A DNA stretch of 64,000 nucleotides, taken from the IMG/VR virus record IMGVR_UViG_3300029309_000017; one strand, 5' to 3'. A model generated the notes under the pieces. That model searched no databases, was not told where the DNA came from, and saw only the letters and a program-made list of their open reading frames with translations. Shown here piece by piece: positions 19,656 through 30,534 of the stretch. Both the position numbers and the translations under genes were made by a program. Source of the stretch: an uncultured virus (IMG/VR IMGVR_UViG_3300029309_000017). Lineage: Duplodnaviria; Heunggongvirae; Uroviricota; Caudoviricetes; Crassvirales. Numbering within the stretch: the stretch's first letter is position 1; each line of letters begins with the position of its first letter.

Positions 19656-20315
19656 TTAAAGCAGATCTCCAAACCCTGAGCCTCCAGCATCAATTATATC
19701 TCCATGAGCGCCAACTAAACCACCTATACCACCCATTATACTTTGAGTAGCAGCTTGTCTAGCGGCATTTGCAGCGCCTAACCTTTGTTGTGACATACCT
19801 AACAATGTACTTGTTTTATCTTTTTCAGCCTGTCTTGACGCTTGAGCGCCCGCTAATTCAGCATTTTGTATACTCATTCTAGCGTTTGCAGCTTTCATTT
19901 GATTTGCTTGCTCTTGTTGAGCTATACTAGAAGAGGCTTGTTGTGCGGCTTGATTACCAGCGCCAGCTAAAGCTTGAGCCATAGCAGCTATGCCAGATCC
20001 TCCAGCAGCAGCAGACATACCGCTCATTGTGTTAGCTATATTTTGCTGTGATTGTTCTCTAGCAAAATCAGCAGCCTGCGTGTTTACTGTTAAGTCTTCG
20101 TAAGCATTGTCTAAATTTGCAGCTAGGTTTGATGTATCTAGGTTTTCAAATCTAGCTTTGTTTCTATTCATTTCTCGTTGAGCAGCTCTTTGCTCACGTC
20201 TTCTTTTTCCACCACCAATAATACCACCAGCGATACCCATAAGTCCGCCGACGCCTTTTGTCATTGCTGCTCCCATGAATTTGGTAGGGGAAGATTTATA
20301 TAATCCTTGTGCCAT
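19656..20315 (-). CDS. Pilot / ejection-like protein (Gly/Ala/Gln-rich)
   Basis: GGLMGIAGGIIG, AQ-rich helices, N-terminal SPTK. Confidence 0.6.
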   Translation of the reverse strand: MAQGLYKSSPTKFMGAAMTKGVGGLMGIAGGIIGGGKRRREQRAAQREMNRNKARFENLDTSNLAANLDNAYEDLTVNTQAADFAREQSQQNIANTMSGMSAAAGGSGIAAMAQALAGAGNQAAQQASSSIAQQEQANQMKAANARMSIQNAELAGAQASRQAEKDKTSTLLGMSQQRLGAANAARQAATQSIMGGIGGLVGAHGDIIDAGGSGFGDLL

Positions 20316-20348
20316 TTTAATTAGTGTTTATCTTATAATAATTACGTG

Positions 20349-20711
20349 TTATTTACTACTTTCAAATATTTCTGATCCTACAGAAAATAGTTCACACTCT
20401 TTTGTATCGTTGTTTCTAAACTGTGCCTCAGCATAATAACCTTTTAAGTTTGAAGTATTGCTTAAGGCTTCTTTAGTAAAAAATATATAACTTGAGTTAG
20501 TAGGAGGTGTCACATTTACAGGTATTTGCGCAACTACAACTGTTTGAGCTGTAACGCCTGTCGCTGGATTTGCCTCTGTAACCGTTATACTAGTAACTTC
20601 ACCTATTTCAACTATCTCATCATTGCTTATTGAGTAGTAAAGCGTATCACCTATTTGTAAAGATACGTTTAGTAAAAACGGAAATGTTAATGTTATTGCT
20701 TGTGTTTCCAT
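20349..20711 (-). CDS. Tail-associated protein
   Basis: LKGYYA...ELFSVGSE motif; position in the tail module. Confidence 0.55.
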   Translation of the reverse strand: METQAITLTFPFLLNVSLQIGDTLYYSISNDEIVEIGEVTSITVTEANPATGVTAQTVVVAQIPVNVTPPTNSSYIFFTKEALSNTSNLKGYYAEAQFRNNDTKECELFSVGSEIFESSK

Positions 20712-20712
20712 A

Positions 20713-22755
20713 TTAAGGTGAACATGTTAAATTAGATATTGTTATTGTCGCTCCACTGTCGCTTCCATTAGTAGTACTAATAGGTGTTTGTCTTGTAGCA
20801 CATTGAGTAACTGTTTGTCCACGACCAACTGTTATAGTGTTTTCTGCTAAAGTTACACAATCAAAGTATGTTATATCAACTGATTTACCCTGAGGGTTGT
20901 TTGTATAAGCTATCGTCCATGTTACACAAGTAGCATCAACACCACTGAAGTCACAAACATCACCACTAGCAGCTATAGACATTGTACCTGTTACTGTAGG
21001 AGCTGGTGAAGATAGCGCACATATAGAGAAATTGTCTTGTCCTTTAAATATAACTAGTTGTCTTTTTGTGTTTTTCACACAATCAAAATAAACTAAAGTA
21101 CCACCGCCTGTTCCTACTGTTACATTAAACTCTTTACAAGGATTACTACTACCCACTGTTATTAACGATGTTAAATCAAGTGTAAACGTTTGACTACTAT
21201 CACCATATTTGTTTATATGTGATGATCCAAAGTGTACAGTAGCTGTTAACCCATCATCAGAAATAGTAGCTACAGGCGATAAAGATAAAATAGTACCTTT
21301 TCTATTTGAAAAACTTAAAGCCTCTGCAGTTGTTACACCACCACTAGTATTAACATCTAAATAAGACTGAGGGTGTGAAACAGTTATATCGTTTCCATTA
21401 ATGCTAGAAACTGTAACTTCAGGGGGTATACCGGTTGTTGTAACATTTTCACCTTCCATTCTCATACCTACAGATATGTTTGATGAACTTTGAACAGGTA
21501 CTATATTACTATTTTGTACAACTTGTGTGTTTGATGTTTCAGCTACAAAATAATTTGTTATAGATGGTGAGCTGCTAGTATTTAAACTAAGCGTCTGCCC
21601 AGCTGAACCAACAACAGTATATATAATTTGATTTTTCCATGGTAAGCTACCAAACTCAGTAACACTATTTGCTGGATATACTCTTGTAACAACAGAATCT
21701 GCTTCTTGACTTGAATTTAAAACAGTATCTGTCACTGTTAAATTAGCTCCAGTTGTATTAAATGTTAAAGTAATTTTTGGAAATTGAATTATACAAGCTG
21801 TTATCGGTTGAGGAAACGGATCTATTAAATCACCTGCTAAAGTAAAACAATATTCAGCGATTGAACCGCTTTCTGGTATTTCTATATAAACATCTACATA
21901 ACCTATAGACGGTATTGTTTGAGTTGGAGTTACAGTGTAAGTATCTAAATTGTTGTTTGTAAATGTATCTAAATTAAGTATTTGACCATTACTAGAGGTT
22001 ACTGTAAAAGTAGCACCAGTGTTACCAAAAACACGCATAACTCTACTAGCACCACCCTCAGCAACGTCAGAAGTATCTAGTGTATAATTAGTTATTTTAA
22101 TCTCAGGTACTTGTATTTGAACAGGTGCGAATATTTTAATTACAACTTTATCATTAACGCCACATTGAGATTTAAATATATATTTAACACAAATTTCTAT
22201 TGATATAAGTCTACCTTCACTATCAAAGGTTGGTATTTCTTGTACTAAATACTGATTAGTGTCATTAACAAGTAGCTCAATAGCTGGTTGTGTTTCAATG
22301 TAATAACCAGTTAATGCTACGTATTTTCTTCTAAACAATTCAACTTGCTCGCCTTCTACACCACAAACTAAAATTACATTGTTTTCGGGTATAGGACAAC
22401 ATGCCAATGCCTCGTAATTAGTACTAGCACCTCTAACAGACAATCCTATCTCACAACATAAATCGCTAACAACAGCGTTACCAGATATACAGAGACCCAA
22501 ATCAACGTTAGATGAAGGCATTGTGAATGGATTATCAAAAGTAACCGTACATAAAACATTGTCTCCGTCTTGAGTAAATACAACTGTAGCTACATGATTT
22601 AAATCAGTGTTAGTCCACGAAAAATCTTGAGCGTAAACTTCATATCCTTCGTTTGGTGTTATAGTTAAAACAGCTGTAGGATGCGTATTAAACACATTTG
22701 TTCCAGATGCTGCAGTATAAACTACGGATGTTACTGTATAATTAGTTGAAGGCAT
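20713..22755 (-). CDS. Beta-rich structural (tail) protein
   Basis: Thr/Val-rich Ig-like segments; tandem C-terminal YFDC repeats. Confidence 0.55.
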   Translation of the reverse strand: MPSTNYTVTSVVYTAASGTNVFNTHPTAVLTITPNEGYEVYAQDFSWTNTDLNHVATVVFTQDGDNVLCTVTFDNPFTMPSSNVDLGLCISGNAVVSDLCCEIGLSVRGASTNYEALACCPIPENNVILVCGVEGEQVELFRRKYVALTGYYIETQPAIELLVNDTNQYLVQEIPTFDSEGRLISIEICVKYIFKSQCGVNDKVVIKIFAPVQIQVPEIKITNYTLDTSDVAEGGASRVMRVFGNTGATFTVTSSNGQILNLDTFTNNNLDTYTVTPTQTIPSIGYVDVYIEIPESGSIAEYCFTLAGDLIDPFPQPITACIIQFPKITLTFNTTGANLTVTDTVLNSSQEADSVVTRVYPANSVTEFGSLPWKNQIIYTVVGSAGQTLSLNTSSSPSITNYFVAETSNTQVVQNSNIVPVQSSSNISVGMRMEGENVTTTGIPPEVTVSSINGNDITVSHPQSYLDVNTSGGVTTAEALSFSNRKGTILSLSPVATISDDGLTATVHFGSSHINKYGDSSQTFTLDLTSLITVGSSNPCKEFNVTVGTGGGTLVYFDCVKNTKRQLVIFKGQDNFSICALSSPAPTVTGTMSIAASGDVCDFSGVDATCVTWTIAYTNNPQGKSVDITYFDCVTLAENTITVGRGQTVTQCATRQTPISTTNGSDSGATITISNLTCSP

Positions 22756-22756
22756 A

Positions 22757-25700
22757 TTAACAATTGTTTAATGAATTTGTATTTACTATTGATGTTATAA
22801 TTCCGTTTTCATAAACTATAAACTTATAACCATCAGGATGGTTTGCCCAGTGTGAATTTGATACTAGGTTAACAATAAATATATACCACTGCACGCCTCC
22901 TCCAGGAATAGAAGTATCATTAAATAGAAGCACACCATCATCATTAGCACCTAAAGCAGTACCATCTTCATTATAAAGTTGAGTTCCTACTTGTATACCG
23001 TCTGACGCAAAGTATTTAAAATTAGTTCCTATTTGGTTAATATTTGTAGTGCCATAACCTCCGTTGCTTATATTTATAAAGTTTATTATAGCACACTTGG
23101 CTAGTTGTGGTCTAATATTTTGAGAGTCGCTTGAAAAATTAGTCATAAAATCTATATTATCTGTACCGCTGCTGTTACACATACCTGTTGTTACTCTAAA
23201 TTCAGCGTCTGGTTCTGGCGGCGCGCTACAAGAAGCTAATGTATTGTATTGAACTTTTGAAGTTATTTGACCGTTTTGAACAGTTATAATATAGTAATTA
23301 TTAGGTACCGACGTTGATGTATCATTTATATTTAAAGCAGAGTTATCAGGATCAGCAATAGCATCATTACCTACATCTATATATAAATATTTACCATTCC
23401 ACACTGTATCTACAATATCATAAGGCTCGTTGTTTTCAAACAAAGTTGTTCCTGTATTTACACCAGCGCTTGCAAAATAACTAAAGTCTCTAGCAGTCTT
23501 GCTTATATTAGTTTCGCCAACAGCGTATTGACTATAAAAAGCTTCTATAGCACATTTTACATTTTGATCTGTAGTTTCTAATCTAATATCAGTGTTATTG
23601 CCTTTACCAGACCATAAATACCAAAACCTATTAAACACGTCAGGGGTTTGATTACCAACAGTCGAGCAAGTGTTATCAATACTTACTGTAATATTAAATG
23701 TTGTTGGGGTTCCACCGCTAATATTAGCAACGCCTATACCTTGTGTTGGAAAAGAAGACGAATCAACATTATTGTCACAGTTATCATTGTAGAAAGTTTT
23801 TAAACCTTTTATCTTGTTAAAATATTTATTTTCTTTTTTAACAAACTCTTTTATTTGGCCCTCTTCTATATCGGTATTTATCCAATTAGTATACCAACCA
23901 GGCGTACTTGTTTCTTCGCTTATTTGACTTGGTGGTATTCTTTCGTCTATTATTCTAGCTAAACTTAAACCAGTTCTTCCAGTTGTTGTGTTATATTTAT
24001 ATGCTCTTGAGGCTGTTCCTGTGTAGTTTAGTGTCTTAAAACCTTTAATAGATTCATTAACATCGTTTATAACTACATTTACAGAACAATCATATTGTTG
24101 ACCATAAAAATTACTATAAATATCATTAGAAGCATGTTCCCATATTAAACCTTTATTGAAAGTGTAATATTTGTCGTTTATTGAAACACCACTTTCTAAA
24201 GGATATACAACGCCTCGTGTTGTTGAATAATAAGATTTTCTACTTGGCCAACCATCTACAGTTTCTTTAAATGACACTGTAGTTGTTTTTATATTGTCTG
24301 ATACATCATCAGGCACCTTACAATTTGTTTTATCTCTAGGTGTTGCAGATAGTTTATTTTGCCATTCTTCTGTTAAGTTGTCTAATGTTATATTGTAAAC
24401 CTCTTTATCGTCATTATAACTACCTATAATTTTATTACAAACAGGTAGATTATCAGAAAAGAAATCACTCATACCTTTTAATGCTATTTGAGTAATACCA
24501 TCTTGTGATAACCTTATGACTGTTCCTCTATTTTTATCAGCAAAATAACTTCTAAAACCATAATCAGCAAATGACTCTGGATTAGTACTTATACCAAACT
24601 CACCAGCATAAGGAACTGCTTGACCTAGCACAGCTTTGTTAGATGTGACATTAACATTGCCGTCTGCGTTAAATAGAGCATCTTTATTAGCCAATATACT
24701 TAAACACTTATCTTCACACAAAGTTACTAGATTAGTGTTCTTAGAATGCAGCTTTTGAATACTACCATATTCTGGGTTTAAGTCTTTTGTAATAGGTTCT
24801 GCTTGTATAAACTGATTAGTTCTATTTATTCCAGTTAATGAATTATATATACCAGAAAAAATTAAACCACTACTTCTTCTTTCTTCAGCATAAGGTCCTT
24901 CAAATATACTAGACACTTTAACACCTTTACCTATTTTAGCAGCATTAAAATCATCTCTAATCCTGTCTGATTCTACTGCATTACCAAATGAATAAACATT
25001 AAAATAATCTAAAGCTTTAGCAGATGTACCATTTATTTCACTTATTGGGTATGCTTTACTTGCTTCATAATATATATCAATATCTACAGCTTCTTTAGGT
25101 TCTGTTTCAAATATAGCTGGATTTGTAGAAGACAATATAGTATTATTTTCTCTAGTTTCTTCTTCAAGCAAATTAAACCCACCAACGTTTGCTATTAATT
25201 CTGCTTTAGTAGTACCAACCCAATCTTCAGTTATATCTTTATCTAGTATTAAACATAAAGAAAAATGATAATTCATATCTTTATCTTTTTGATTACTACA
25301 ATCAGCAGTCATGTTTTCTATAGCACCTCTAAAAGTACCATTTCTATAAGCTCTTTTTATAGTATAAACTTGAGATTTTTTTCCTGCATGTGAACCTCTA
25401 CCAAAAATTTCAACAGCTCTACCCTCTTGAGCATCTGTCATTGGTTGACCAACATAACCATCTCTATCTCCAAACTCATCTTCACTCAAGCTTTTTCTAC
25501 CAACATAAACAATAGATAAAACGTTGTTGTTTTGTCTTGGAGGATCATATACCTCCCACATCTTTTGATCTGGTCCCGGATCACTATTAGCTGGGCTTCC
25601 ATTGTAACCACCATTACCTTTACCATTACCACCATAAGCGCCACAAAGTTTATACTTACCATCTTCATTACCACCGCAAAAATTTGGAGGCACTCCGTCA

Positions 25701-28444
25701 AAATCAGTTTCACCTTCATCTCTCCAATAAAAACCTCTTTTCCAACCATCTCCATTAGGATTACTAAAGTTTTGAAAACAATTACCAAGACAATTCGCGC
25801 AATTTCCAGAACTAATCACGTCTGAGTTTTCTTTAATAGAACCAACTATGGAATAAGTTTTTTCTAAAGCTGCAAATGATTTTTCTATATTTGTTTCAAA
25901 ATCTGTATCTCTGTTTATTTTAACAAAAAATCTACCTTCATACTCTGGTAATCTTTCTATTTTATTTTCTAGTATTTTTATAGTCACATTAGTGTCTATA
26001 GCTAAACCATTAATACCCATAAAACTAGCAGAACTATCCATACCTTTATCAAGGTTTACTAAATATTCGTCACCAGCACTAGAAACTGGTCCACCACTAT
26101 CTATACCAAAAAGATCTGTTTTTGCACCACCAACTGTAATTTCTATAAATCTATCACCTTTAAATCCATTTCTAAAATCAGGATTTTCACTTATAGCTGG
26201 ACCTTCAAATCTTATTTGTGAAAAATCTTCAGCAAAACCAGCTTTAACTTTACATTCAGCTATACCAATTGCTTTAGGTGTAGTTGCGACAAAATCTGGA
26301 ACTTTACTAGATATATCCAATATTTTATATCTACAAGGACCTATTGAAGGATTATCATTATCGTGTTGTTTTTTAAGTATTAGATATGTTTCTTCATCAA
26401 CTTTGTTTCTTTCAGATGATGGAAAACTTAGCCAAACATTACCATCTTCAGCTGGATAAAATCTATCAAGAGCTAAATTATAATACTCATTGCTAATATC
26501 TTTAATAAAATACTTAGCATGTGTAATTTCTTGTGGTAAATTAACTTGGTTTAATTTAGCTAAAAACTTATTTGTTCTTTGAGCATTTTCTTTACCTAAA
26601 TTATAAGTTGCACTTGGATTTGTAAAAACAGGTGTTTGTCTACCGTATATATCTTGAAAAACAATACCAAGTTGATAATTTCTTATAGTTTTTATAGAAG
26701 GAAAAGGTCTTCTAAAATCTTGATTAGCAGGTGTTATTTCATTGCCGTTAGCGTCTAAGCCAGGACCTTCACCAGGATGCTCAGAACTATCTACATCTAA
26801 CTCTATTATACATTTAGGTGTAGTTATGTTTTGTACATAATTTGCGTATATTAATCTATTAGCAGATATTTCTTGAGCTAAAGCTTTTTTAGGAACATTA
26901 TCAAATGGTCTAAGTATTTGATTAGACTCTACTGTTTGACCAATTAATTCTGTTTTTAATTCAAAAGAAGTTACGCTTTTATCTTTTATAGTATCTACTA
27001 CATATATATTATTTGATCTAGATTTTTTAAATAGAATATCTAACTCAATAACCTCTTGACTACCCCAATCCCAGTCTTTTATTATTAAAGATCTTATATG
27101 GTTTTGCATACCTAAGTTAAAACCGTCAGAAGATAAATACTCAAAATCATCGCCTTCAAAAACAACTTCTGTAAAAGGTGAAAAACAAGAGTATTCATTG
27201 TTTTCATATTTCCATCTATATGCAAATCTGGGAAACTCAAACTCAAACATGGGGTCTTTTTCTTCTAATAAAGCCTCCCAAACAATTAAACCAACCGGTG
27301 TTTGTATTGTGTTTATTACTTCAAATGGACCAAATCTTAATATTTTTTTTGGTATAGACTGTATTTTACCTACTATGTATTGACCATTAACAGAATCTAT
27401 TTTTATTCTTATTTGATATTCATTTGTATTATTGTCATCATCAATATTACCACCGTTTAAAACTATTATATCGTCTTGTTGCCAAGAGTTTTGAACAGAT
27501 TGATTAAAAGGTCCTATAGTAACAGTTTCCATATTAGCTGGAAATACAGGGTCTGTCCCTTGTTCTGCGGCTAACTCTTGATCAGCAAGCCACTCTCCAT
27601 ATGTTGGTAATGGTCTAAATTGAGCTGCTAAAAAAGTTGTTGATGGCTCGTTAACATATGTAAAATTATACCATAAAGGAGCTATTGGTTCGCCATCTAT
27701 ATTGTTTTCACTACCACCAGCGCCTAATGCACTACCGTCATAAGTTACAGTTACTGGCGTTACACCTGTACCAGGTAATTCTTGCCCAGCGGCAGATCTA
27801 GTGGATGTTGATATATCTATTTTAGGAGCATATAATGGTGATTTTTTAATAACAGTAATATCTGCTTCTGTAAAATCAGTGCCAGAAGAATTATATGTCC
27901 AATCCTGTGAAGAAGAATCAAAAGTAGGTATTTTAGTGTGTATGTTAAAAGAAGTTGAATTTGTACCTGCTTTAAATTTTTTTATATTTATTTTTTTAGG
28001 CTCTGTTTTATTGTCTGTAAAAAACAATAAATCATCAACTATGTTTATACCTGTTATGTGTTGATCTTTTGTAAAATTTAATATATTTTTTGTATCAATT
28101 AATATAGGTGATACAATTTTTGTTTTAGTATTATATTCTGCTATTGTACTAATACTATCACTAGCTATAAACCAATATATGCACTCAGTTGGCTCGTGTC
28201 TTATAGAACCTATACAAACAGGATTAGAATAACTACTTATATAATTGCTTGACCAGTTTTGATCAGGCGTATAGCCTTTTCTTTCTGTATTACCTTTTAG
28301 GTTTTGTAAAGCACCAACATTGCTGGACTCGGATGTAGCAACTGTTACGTTTAAAGCATCACGGTAACTTCCATTGGGAACCATTCTCTCGTCAAGATCA
28401 CCTTCCATCTTGCCGCGAGTAAAGTTATGAATAAATTCTGGCAT
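22757..28444 (-). CDS. Tail stabilisation / nozzle protein
   Basis: N-terminal F..G.M..DLDERMVPNG.YRDALN motif; beta-propeller-like; 1895 aa. Confidence 0.7.
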   Translation of the reverse strand: MPEFIHNFTRGKMEGDLDERMVPNGSYRDALNVTVATSESSNVGALQNLKGNTERKGYTPDQNWSSNYISSYSNPVCIGSIRHEPTECIYWFIASDSISTIAEYNTKTKIVSPILIDTKNILNFTKDQHITGINIVDDLLFFTDNKTEPKKINIKKFKAGTNSTSFNIHTKIPTFDSSSQDWTYNSSGTDFTEADITVIKKSPLYAPKIDISTSTRSAAGQELPGTGVTPVTVTYDGSALGAGGSENNIDGEPIAPLWYNFTYVNEPSTTFLAAQFRPLPTYGEWLADQELAAEQGTDPVFPANMETVTIGPFNQSVQNSWQQDDIIVLNGGNIDDDNNTNEYQIRIKIDSVNGQYIVGKIQSIPKKILRFGPFEVINTIQTPVGLIVWEALLEEKDPMFEFEFPRFAYRWKYENNEYSCFSPFTEVVFEGDDFEYLSSDGFNLGMQNHIRSLIIKDWDWGSQEVIELDILFKKSRSNNIYVVDTIKDKSVTSFELKTELIGQTVESNQILRPFDNVPKKALAQEISANRLIYANYVQNITTPKCIIELDVDSSEHPGEGPGLDANGNEITPANQDFRRPFPSIKTIRNYQLGIVFQDIYGRQTPVFTNPSATYNLGKENAQRTNKFLAKLNQVNLPQEITHAKYFIKDISNEYYNLALDRFYPAEDGNVWLSFPSSERNKVDEETYLILKKQHDNDNPSIGPCRYKILDISSKVPDFVATTPKAIGIAECKVKAGFAEDFSQIRFEGPAISENPDFRNGFKGDRFIEITVGGAKTDLFGIDSGGPVSSAGDEYLVNLDKGMDSSASFMGINGLAIDTNVTIKILENKIERLPEYEGRFFVKINRDTDFETNIEKSFAALEKTYSIVGSIKENSDVISSGNCANCLGNCFQNFSNPNGDGWKRGFYWRDEGETDFDGVPPNFCGGNEDGKYKLCGAYGGNGKGNGGYNGSPANSDPGPDQKMWEVYDPPRQNNNVLSIVYVGRKSLSEDEFGDRDGYVGQPMTDAQEGRAVEIFGRGSHAGKKSQVYTIKRAYRNGTFRGAIENMTADCSNQKDKDMNYHFSLCLILDKDITEDWVGTTKAELIANVGGFNLLEEETRENNTILSSTNPAIFETEPKEAVDIDIYYEASKAYPISEINGTSAKALDYFNVYSFGNAVESDRIRDDFNAAKIGKGVKVSSIFEGPYAEERRSSGLIFSGIYNSLTGINRTNQFIQAEPITKDLNPEYGSIQKLHSKNTNLVTLCEDKCLSILANKDALFNADGNVNVTSNKAVLGQAVPYAGEFGISTNPESFADYGFRSYFADKNRGTVIRLSQDGITQIALKGMSDFFSDNLPVCNKIIGSYNDDKEVYNITLDNLTEEWQNKLSATPRDKTNCKVPDDVSDNIKTTTVSFKETVDGWPSRKSYYSTTRGVVYPLESGVSINDKYYTFNKGLIWEHASNDIYSNFYGQQYDCSVNVVINDVNESIKGFKTLNYTGTASRAYKYNTTTGRTGLSLARIIDERIPPSQISEETSTPGWYTNWINTDIEEGQIKEFVKKENKYFNKIKGLKTFYNDNCDNNVDSSSFPTQGIGVANISGGTPTTFNITVSIDNTCSTVGNQTPDVFNRFWYLWSGKGNNTDIRLETTDQNVKCAIEAFYSQYAVGETNISKTARDFSYFASAGVNTGTTLFENNEPYDIVDTVWNGKYLYIDVGNDAIADPDNSALNINDTSTSVPNNYYIITVQNGQITSKVQYNTLASCSAPPEPDAEFRVTTGMCNSSGTDNIDFMTNFSSDSQNIRPQLAKCAIINFINISNGGYGTTNINQIGTNFKYFASDGIQVGTQLYNEDGTALGANDDGVLLFNDTSIPGGGVQWYIFIVNLVSNSHWANHPDGYKFIVYENGIITSIVNTNSLNNC

Positions 28445-28447
28445 GTA

Positions 28448-29614
28448 TTAGTGTTTTATTTGTTTTGATTTACCTCTCATTATTTGAGTAAGCTCCTCAG
28501 ATTTTAAATTTGATAATCTTATTTTAGCTAATCTTGTTGCTGCAAACTTTTCTCTTTTAAACCTATTTATTAAATACTCTTGAGTATTAGCTCTTGTAGA
28601 TAATATTGCTAATGCGATATGTTTATATAAGGCTTCTTCTGCAAATTTATGAACTATCATTTCGTTGTCAGTTCCTAAAGAATCACTTATGTACTTAAGT
28701 GTTATTATTTTACCATTTAAACTAGAGTCAAAGTATATTTTACCTCTTAAGTTATCTATAAAATAAACTCCATTTGCGTTAGAAAACTCAGGATTTAATC
28801 CATATCTGTTACCTTCTAAACCCCTGTATCTTTCAAACTCGTCTAAAGTGTCGTCGTTTGTTACATTTCTATTAGTAGCGTCTCTAAATTTATCCCAAGT
28901 TTCAGAGTCAAAAGCTGTTAGTAATGTTCCATCATTGTCAAACGTATAATTAAAATCACTGTCTTGTATTATAGCTTCTGGATTACTAGTCTTTCTACTA
29001 GGCATTAGTATTCTTTCAACACCGTCATTATCAACCCATGAAACTTTAACGTAATTAACATAATCATGTGGTAATTTCATAGTTAATGATGGTGGTATTT
29101 CTATTTCTTGTGATTTAAAAGATTTTAATGTGTCATAACTTAGTTCAGCTAAACCTCTTTGAGCATGAAAAGCAACATCAGTTCTTCTTATCTTACTTAT
29201 TATTTTATCTTCACCAACATATGATATTATAAAGTTATTTATAATATCTTCTAGCGAAACATATTGATAATTACCATATTCTTCTGTAGGTATTATTTCT
29301 TGAAACAATATAGGTAAGGTAGCTAATGGTGATCCGTCAGCAGCTTGTATATCTGTATTTACGTTACTGTTATTAAAAACTATGTTAAAACTATTATCCG
29401 CAGTTGTGTCACCTGGACTAGTTCCATTATAAGAATAACTGTTTTTACTAACTTCTATTTCGTTTATAAAAACTCTAATCTGAGATTGTTGAGTAGGTCT
29501 AGTAGGAAAGAAAGCAGTGGTAACTGGGCCATATGTAAGATTGCCTGCTCCTAAACCAGTAAAGCCTTGCGTTTGCTGATAATAACCTTGTTGTGTTCCT
29601 TGAAATAATGGCAT
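28448..29614 (-). CDS. Tail tubular / adaptor protein
   Basis: LPHDYVNYV motif; position. Confidence 0.6.
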   Translation of the reverse strand: MPLFQGTQQGYYQQTQGFTGLGAGNLTYGPVTTAFFPTRPTQQSQIRVFINEIEVSKNSYSYNGTSPGDTTADNSFNIVFNNSNVNTDIQAADGSPLATLPILFQEIIPTEEYGNYQYVSLEDIINNFIISYVGEDKIISKIRRTDVAFHAQRGLAELSYDTLKSFKSQEIEIPPSLTMKLPHDYVNYVKVSWVDNDGVERILMPSRKTSNPEAIIQDSDFNYTFDNDGTLLTAFDSETWDKFRDATNRNVTNDDTLDEFERYRGLEGNRYGLNPEFSNANGVYFIDNLRGKIYFDSSLNGKIITLKYISDSLGTDNEMIVHKFAEEALYKHIALAILSTRANTQEYLINRFKREKFAATRLAKIRLSNLKSEELTQIMRGKSKQIKH

Positions 29615-29617
29615 ATC

Positions 29618-30325
29618 TTATGATTTTTCTTGTTGTATTGTTTGCATTTCTTCTTGGTTTGCTATTTGGTAACTTTGTATTTCTTTTGTAGAAAGTCCAG
29701 CAAACTCTAATATTTTCTCAACTAAAGCAACTTCTTCTGACTGATGTAACTGAAAATCAACACTAGTTCCTGCGTTATACAAAGCTTCGTCAAAAACCAT
29801 AACATAACCCCAATTAGGAGCCACTGGTCTACTAATTAAATTACAAGTTACACCGTAAGTTATTGTATCAGGGAATACTTGTATTTGAGTCTCTGAGGTT
29901 TTAATATAAACAGGTCTAATTAAGTTTGGAGTTGTTAAAGGTGAAGATTGTATTTTTCTTATATTACCTTTGTTTATGTGTTCTATTGTAACATATGGGC
30001 GTTCTGCGTTTTCTTTAAACATTAAATCGCCTAACCTATAATTTGCTGGCAATGTACCTACACCACCTGACGCCATAGAAACGTCTTGATTAAATTGTTC
30101 AAATACACTTATTTTTTCTTCAAGTATATTTAACATGTCTGAATATTCTGTACTGTTACCGTGCAGTCTACCAAATTGGTTTATATCGTAAAAATATTGC
30201 TCAAATATATCTAATTGAGCTTGTTCTGCAAATAAGTTAAATTCTTGAGGTGTAACATATCCACGTTGCTCTTTATTTAACGTACTTAAAACAGTTTGAT
30301 AAACGGTATCTACACTTACAGCCAT
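29618..30325 (-). CDS. Tail tubular / head-tail adaptor protein
   Basis: NKEQRGYVTPQEFN motif; position after the capsid genes. Confidence 0.6.
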   Translation of the reverse strand: MAVSVDTVYQTVLSTLNKEQRGYVTPQEFNLFAEQAQLDIFEQYFYDINQFGRLHGNSTEYSDMLNILEEKISVFEQFNQDVSMASGGVGTLPANYRLGDLMFKENAERPYVTIEHINKGNIRKIQSSPLTTPNLIRPVYIKTSETQIQVFPDTITYGVTCNLISRPVAPNWGYVMVFDEALYNAGTSVDFQLHQSEEVALVEKILEFAGLSTKEIQSYQIANQEEMQTIQQEKS

Positions 30326-30327
30326 AA

Positions 30328-30489
30328 TTAATAAGGGAATTTTTTATTTAAATATTCTTTTCTTTTATCACATCCACAGTCTTTACCTGTAGCTTTGCTA
30401 ATTTTTTCTACAACTTTTTTTATACCAGTTGCTTTTGTTATGGCCTCAATAGTATCACCAAGACCTTTTTGTTTTGATTTTATTGCCAT
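30328..30489 (-). CDS. Small phage protein (53 aa; KGLGDT...DCGC..R)
   Basis: Hand-translated MAIKSKQKGLGDTIEAITKATGIKK...DCGCDKRKEYLN. Confidence 0.7.
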   Translation of the reverse strand: MAIKSKQKGLGDTIEAITKATGIKKVVEKISKATGKDCGCDKRKEYLNKKFPY

Positions 30490-30503
30490 AATATTTTAAT
30501 AAA

Positions 30504-30527
30504 TACGGCCGCCGTTAGACGGCCGCT
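30504..30527 (-). terminator. Hairpin / terminator
   Basis: GCGGCCGTC-TAAC-GGCGGCCGT followed by ATTTATT. Confidence 0.6.
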
Positions 30528-30534
30528 TTATATT

